This document shows, piece by piece, positions 60,483-64,000 of a stretch of DNA of 64,000 bases. A program made the position numbers and the translations under genes. The notes below the pieces were generated by a model that ran no database searches, was not told the DNA's origin, and was given only the letters and a program-made list of their open reading frames with translations. Source of the stretch: Clostridia bacterium (lineage in GTDB: Bacteria > Bacillota > Clostridia > TANB77 > CAG-508); NCBI GenBank assembly GCA_017934475.1, contig JAGBJN010000004.1:1783-65782 (forward strand), given 5' to 3'. The first letter of the stretch is position 1, and the number at the start of each line of letters is the position of its first letter.

Positions 60483-61202
60483 ATGATCAACACGTTACAG
60501 AAACTGAAGGAAATGGCCATTGCAATTCATAATGGAATTATTGCAATGCGGCCTAAGGAGAACAAGAAAGTAATCTTCAATCCTTCGGTTGACAAGAAAA
60601 TGGAGCACTGCTATTGCAGTAATTCAGGCATTGTTTCATTTGTCGCAGATGGAACCATGTATGTTATTCCTTACATGGCTTCAGTTATGGCAGTACTTAA
60701 CTCTGAGGGGTTCGAGCGTAAGGCAATGTATGTTCCCTTCTCAAATGATGAGTATCCCATTGGTGAAAAAAAGAAATGGGATTCACTCATTAAGTTGAGT
60801 GAGTTAGAAAGAGCAGAACGTTTTACTTCTGAATGTAAAAAATATTCAGATAAGCATGGCTATGGCAAAATTGCAGACGATCTTATCAATAACCATTGCT
60901 TAGAGATTCCTGCGACAGGAGTTCATGTAATAAAATTTCAGAATAGTGATGTGTACTATCCTGAAATAACAGGAAGTACCTTCAGCAATTCTGCAGCAAA
61001 CACGATTGGCAAATACTGTATTGAAAAAGGCATATGCTCTTTCGTGTACAGAAACGGAAAAACATATGTTACTAAAAACAGTGATGTAATATCCGCTCTT
61101 CAGGCTGCAGGCTATATGCTTGGTAATCTTCATGTCCCGTTTGCAAACGGTGAAATTATTACAGATACCAAAGAAGCTGATATTTGGAAAAGAATTGCCT
61201 AA
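60483..61202 (+). CDS. Hypothetical protein, 239 aa, compositionally foreign, with an internal duplication
   Basis: Local GC is about 35-42% (my counts on 60-nt samples) against much more AT-rich flanks, with use of CTG/GCC/CGG/GGC codons. The two related segments are GIVSFVADGTMYVIPYMASVMAVLNSEGFERKAMYVPFSNDE and GICSFVYRNGKTYVTKNSDVISALQAAGYMLGNLHVPFANGE. Confidence 0.75.
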   Translation: MINTLQKLKEMAIAIHNGIIAMRPKENKKVIFNPSVDKKMEHCYCSNSGIVSFVADGTMYVIPYMASVMAVLNSEGFERKAMYVPFSNDEYPIGEKKKWDSLIKLSELERAERFTSECKKYSDKHGYGKIADDLINNHCLEIPATGVHVIKFQNSDVYYPEITGSTFSNSAANTIGKYCIEKGICSFVYRNGKTYVTKNSDVISALQAAGYMLGNLHVPFANGEIITDTKEADIWKRIA

Positions 61203-61262
61203 AGTCCGTTTTGTGTTTTTTCTCCTTCTATCTCTAGCAAAAACTCATTTGTTTTTGTTAGC

Positions 61263-61293
61263 AAAAAGACTGGCTCATTTGCCAGTCTTTTTT
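61263..61293 (+). terminator. Terminator of the 239-aa ORF
   Basis: The stem AAAGACTGGC / GCCAGTCTTT has a 6-nt loop and is followed by a T-run. Confidence 0.75.
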
Positions 61294-61319
61294 GCTGCTT
61301 TTTTACCAAAAATATTCTA

Positions 61320-61348
61320 TTGACAATAGTAGTTTTTATTTATAAAAT
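61320..61348 (+). promoter_or_regulatory. Sigma-A-type promoter of trxB
   Basis: It reads TTGACA-17 nt-TAAAAT. Confidence 0.55.
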
Positions 61349-61372
61349 TATTTTAATTAAAGGAGGAATAAT

Positions 61373-62260
61373 ATGTATGATATTATAATTGTAGGTGCAG
61401 GTCCTGCAGGACTTACATCAGCACTATATGCTTTAAGAGCAGGAAAAAAAGTATTAGTACTAGAAGCAAAAACATATGGTGGGCAGATTATAAATGCACA
61501 TAATGTAGAAAACTACCCAGGAATTACAAGTATATCTGGCTTCGATTTTGCAACAAGCCTTTATAATCAAGTTAAAGCTTTAGGATTAGAATACAAAAAC
61601 GAAACCGTTATAAAAATAGACGAAAACAAAACTTTGGTTACAAATAAGGGAAATTATGAGGCTAAAGCTATTATACTTGCTACAGGTGCAGAAAACAGAA
61701 AACTAAATTTACAAAATGAAAAAGCATTAACAGGAAAAGGTATTTCATATTGTGCAACATGTGATGGTAATTTTTATAAAAATAAAATTGTTGCTGTTGC
61801 AGGTGGAGGTAATACAGCTTTAGAAGATGCAATTTATTTATCTAATATTGCTGAAAAAGTTTATTTAATTCACAGAAGAGATGAATTTAGAGGAGAGCAA
61901 AAATATGTTGAAGAATTAAATAAAAAAGAAAATGTGGAATTTATATTAAACACAAATATAGTAAATTTAAACGGAAATGATAAATTAGAAAGCATTGATA
62001 TAAAAGATAATACTGGAAATATAAATACATTAAATATCAATGGTTTATTTATAGCAGTTGGTCAAGAGCCAAAAAATGAAATATTTTCTAATATAATCAA
62101 TATAGACAAATCAGGCTATATTAAATCTGATGATGGTGTTCATACTAATGTACAAGGCATATATGTTGCTGGTGATGCAAGAGTTAAGGATTTAAGACAA
62201 CTTACTACTGCAGTAAGTGACGGCTCAATTGCAGCAACAACAGCAATTAAAGAAATGTAA
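61373..62260 (+). CDS. trxB: Thioredoxin-disulfide reductase
   Basis: It has the FAD motif GAGPAGLT, the redox-active CATCDG, the NADPH motif GGGNTALE and a C-terminal GDA motif. Confidence 0.92.
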   Translation: MYDIIIVGAGPAGLTSALYALRAGKKVLVLEAKTYGGQIINAHNVENYPGITSISGFDFATSLYNQVKALGLEYKNETVIKIDENKTLVTNKGNYEAKAIILATGAENRKLNLQNEKALTGKGISYCATCDGNFYKNKIVAVAGGGNTALEDAIYLSNIAEKVYLIHRRDEFRGEQKYVEELNKKENVEFILNTNIVNLNGNDKLESIDIKDNTGNINTLNINGLFIAVGQEPKNEIFSNIINIDKSGYIKSDDGVHTNVQGIYVAGDARVKDLRQLTTAVSDGSIAATTAIKEM

Positions 62261-62280
62261 TAAATTTAAGGAGGTATAAA

Positions 62281-63039
62281 ATGTTTAATTTAAAAGGAAG
62301 AGTTGCAGTTATAACTGGTGCATCAAGTGGTTTAGGAAAGCAAATGGCTACAGCATTTGCAAAACAAGGTGCTAATCTAGTAGTACTAGCAAGAAGAATT
62401 GAAAGACTAGAAGAATTAAAAGTTGAACTTGAAAAAGATGGAGTTGAAGTTTTACCAATAAAGTGTGATGTTACAAGCACAGATGATATCAATAATGCAG
62501 CTAAACTTGCTGAAGAAAAATTTGGAAAAGTAGATATTCTAGTTAACTGTGCAGGTGCTAGTAAAGATGCAGGTGTACTTGATATGACAGATGAAGAATG
62601 GGATTTCACAATTAATGTTGATCAAACTAGTGTATTTAAAATGACAAGAGCATTTGCAAATATTATGAAGAATAATAATTATGGAAGAATAATAAATATT
62701 GCATCTATGTATGGTTTAGTTGGTAATACTGCAATGGGAACAGTTGCATATCACTCATCAAAAGGTGGTGTTGTAAACTTTACAAGAGCTGTTGCAGCAG
62801 AACTAGCAAAATACAACATAACATGTAATGCAATTTGTCCAGGATATTTTGAAACAGAGCTTACAACTGCTGTATTAAATACTGAAAGCTTTACAGCATA
62901 CATGAAACAAACAGTTCCTATGGGAAGATATGGACATGAAGGAGAATTAAATGCTGGTGCTATTTTCCTAGCTAGTGATGAAGCAAGTTATGTGACAGGA
63001 GTTATTCTTCCAATAGACGGTGGATATACATGTGTATAA
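62281..63039 (+). CDS. SDR family oxidoreductase (FabG / gluconate 5-dehydrogenase-like)
   Basis: It has TGASSGLG, NCAG, the catalytic YHSSKGG, and a C-terminal IDGGYT. Confidence 0.85.
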   Translation: MFNLKGRVAVITGASSGLGKQMATAFAKQGANLVVLARRIERLEELKVELEKDGVEVLPIKCDVTSTDDINNAAKLAEEKFGKVDILVNCAGASKDAGVLDMTDEEWDFTINVDQTSVFKMTRAFANIMKNNNYGRIINIASMYGLVGNTAMGTVAYHSSKGGVVNFTRAVAAELAKYNITCNAICPGYFETELTTAVLNTESFTAYMKQTVPMGRYGHEGELNAGAIFLASDEASYVTGVILPIDGGYTCV

Positions 63040-63044
63040 AAAAA

Positions 63045-63061
63045 GGGAGATACAATCTCCC
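63045..63061. terminator. Bidirectional hairpin between the SDR gene and the convergent small ORF
   Basis: The stem GGGAGA-5 nt-TCTCCC is flanked by an A-run and a T-run. Confidence 0.55.
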
Positions 63062-63066
63062 ATTTT

Positions 63067-63240
63067 TTATATTATTTTTTTTATTCTCTCTTGTTCTCTT
63101 AAAGACAGTTCTTTAAACCATTTAGCCATATTATCTATATCTTTATTTCTAATAAATTCAAAGTATTTTACTCTATCTTCTTTCTCTATTACAATAGGTG
63201 AAATATTATTTTTTAATAAATCTAGTATATTATATGTCAT
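63067..63240 (-). CDS. 57-aa ORF resembling the C-terminal tail of Fic/DOC-family proteins, without the catalytic motif (stand-alone fragment or remnant)
   Basis: The sequence is MTYNILDLLKNNISPIVIEKEDRVKYFEFIRNKDIDNMAKWFKELSLREQERIKKII. From memory, this matches the Fic segment that follows HPFxxGNGR (L..NGYPP..I...DR..YY..L......L..F). It has RBS AAGGGGTGA and falls below the track cut-off. Confidence 0.45.
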   Translation of the reverse strand: MTYNILDLLKNNISPIVIEKEDRVKYFEFIRNKDIDNMAKWFKELSLREQERIKKII

Positions 63241-63263
63241 AAATTCACCCCTTTTACATACTT

Positions 63264-63292
63264 ATTATACAATATATGATATTTATATTCAA
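63264..63292 (-). promoter_or_regulatory. Consensus-like sigma-A promoter of the 57-aa ORF
   Basis: It reads TTGAAT-17 nt-TATAAT with a TG extension (TGTATAAT). Confidence 0.55.
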
Positions 63293-63466
63293 TAATAAAC
63301 AAAAATTTCCCTTCTTTGAATAGGAATTTTGATTGGAGGCTATAATCGGAATAACTAACCTCCATAATTATTGATATTACTAACTTTTAGTTGTAAGAAC
63401 TTTAAATGTTAAGTTCGCGTTAAGTTTGTTTTTCAGGAGAAATATTTTTTTTATTTCCTGATTTTC

Positions 63467-64000
63467 TTACTGTAATAAAAAATCTATTATATTTATAACT
63501 TCAATTCCCTCTATTTGTTTATCCTTTACTTTATCCATTGTTAATATAATTTTCTTATAGTTATCTTTAACTGCAAGTAAAGAATTTTTTTCTCTTTCTT
63601 CAACCTTTTCATCTAACATACTTCTTGTAACTTGATAATAAATTTTTTCATTAGGTTTTGTGGCAATAAAATCAATTTCGATGTCATTATATTTTCCTAC
63701 ATAAACTTCATATCCGTCTGCGAAGTAATTCAATATATATCAAATTTTCGTAACTACTTCCACTATCATATGAAGAAAGTCCATTGATAATATTTTTAAG
63801 TCCATTATCTACAAAATAATATTTTCCTTGGGTTTTTAATAATTGTTTTCCTTTTAATTCATATCTTGGAACTCTATATATAAAATAAGCATTTTCAATC
63901 ATTTTTAAATAAGAGTCTACGGTTTCATTTGTAACTGTACTTCCATTCTTTTGCATAAAATCTGCTATTGAATTAGGAGTAGTTAAATTACCTATACAAG
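63467..64000 (-). pseudogene. Frameshifted AAA+ ATPase (COG1373 type) with a DUF4143-like C-terminal region; N-terminus beyond the right edge
   Basis: Track ORFs 63708..63956 and 63467..63733 are two frames of one gene. The frame stays open upstream to the window edge (..CIGNLTTPNSIADFMQKNGS..). ...YENLIYIELLRRRI* would read ...ELLRRGYEVYVGKYNDIEIDFIA if one C in AGACGGATAT (~63720) were removed. Confidence 0.7.

Noticed and set aside
60589-61323. Alternative-frame ORFs lie within and next to the GC-anomalous gene (60589..60798 +, 60900..61133 -, 61120..61323 +).
   Set aside because: They are shorter and lack an RBS. The 239-aa frame has the promoter, a strong RBS and a terminator. The last of these ORFs runs through the terminator hairpin.
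62247-62609. A 120-aa minus-strand ORF lies inside the SDR gene.
   Set aside because: It is antisense to a clearly recognisable SDR (TGASSGLG, YHSSK). Its product is Ser/Leu-rich low-complexity sequence typical of shadow ORFs.
63020-63295. A 91-aa plus-strand ORF overlaps the end of the SDR gene.
   Set aside because: It spans the bidirectional terminator and lies antisense to the better-supported 57-aa ORF. It has no RBS and a low-complexity translation.
63296-63466. The intergenic stretch with GGAGG...CCTCC pairing and slightly higher GC was considered as a tRNA or small structured RNA.
   Set aside because: It has no cloverleaf-compatible arms or conserved tRNA boxes. The stem is only 5 bp with a 20-nt loop.

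Overview
This window is a very AT-rich (by eye about 25-30% GC) Bacillota, Clostridia-like chromosomal segment. Up to about 60.2 kb it is transcribed almost entirely on the minus strand. The housekeeping backbone is a class B PBP with PASTA domains, ftsH, tilS, dnaB, rplI, gdpP, an MtaD-like amidohydrolase, rpoC, rpoB, an AI-2E transporter, xth, a yabD(tatD)/yabE-like pair, acpS, trxB and two SDRs. Three accessory surface-protein blocks sit between these genes. (1) Two head-to-tail giant adhesin-like paralogs (more than 2623 aa partial, and 3410 aa) carry Cna-B/SpaA-like, GLUG-like beta-helix and MucBP-like repeats and an IPQTG sorting signal; each has a duplicated upstream leader. (2) A five-gene cohesin/dockerin cluster (3 cohesin-bearing anchors, 2 dockerin-bearing proteins, no recognisable enzymes) lies inside the normally contiguous gdpP-rplI-dnaB block. 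(3) Immediately upstream of rpoB is a tandemly duplicated two-gene cassette of unknown function. Each copy encodes a protein with an atypical pilin-like N-terminus and three internal repeats, plus a small secreted partner, and each copy has its own consensus promoter and terminator. I consider block 3 the best candidate for an undescribed system. Other notable items are a single GC-anomalous ORFan with an internal duplication, two unannotated small ORFs with full expression signals, a candidate sRNA, and a decayed Fic/DUF4143 region at the right edge. I recognised no rRNA, tRNA, CRISPR array, transposase or integrase. All family assignments are motif-level recognitions made by eye; no database search was run.
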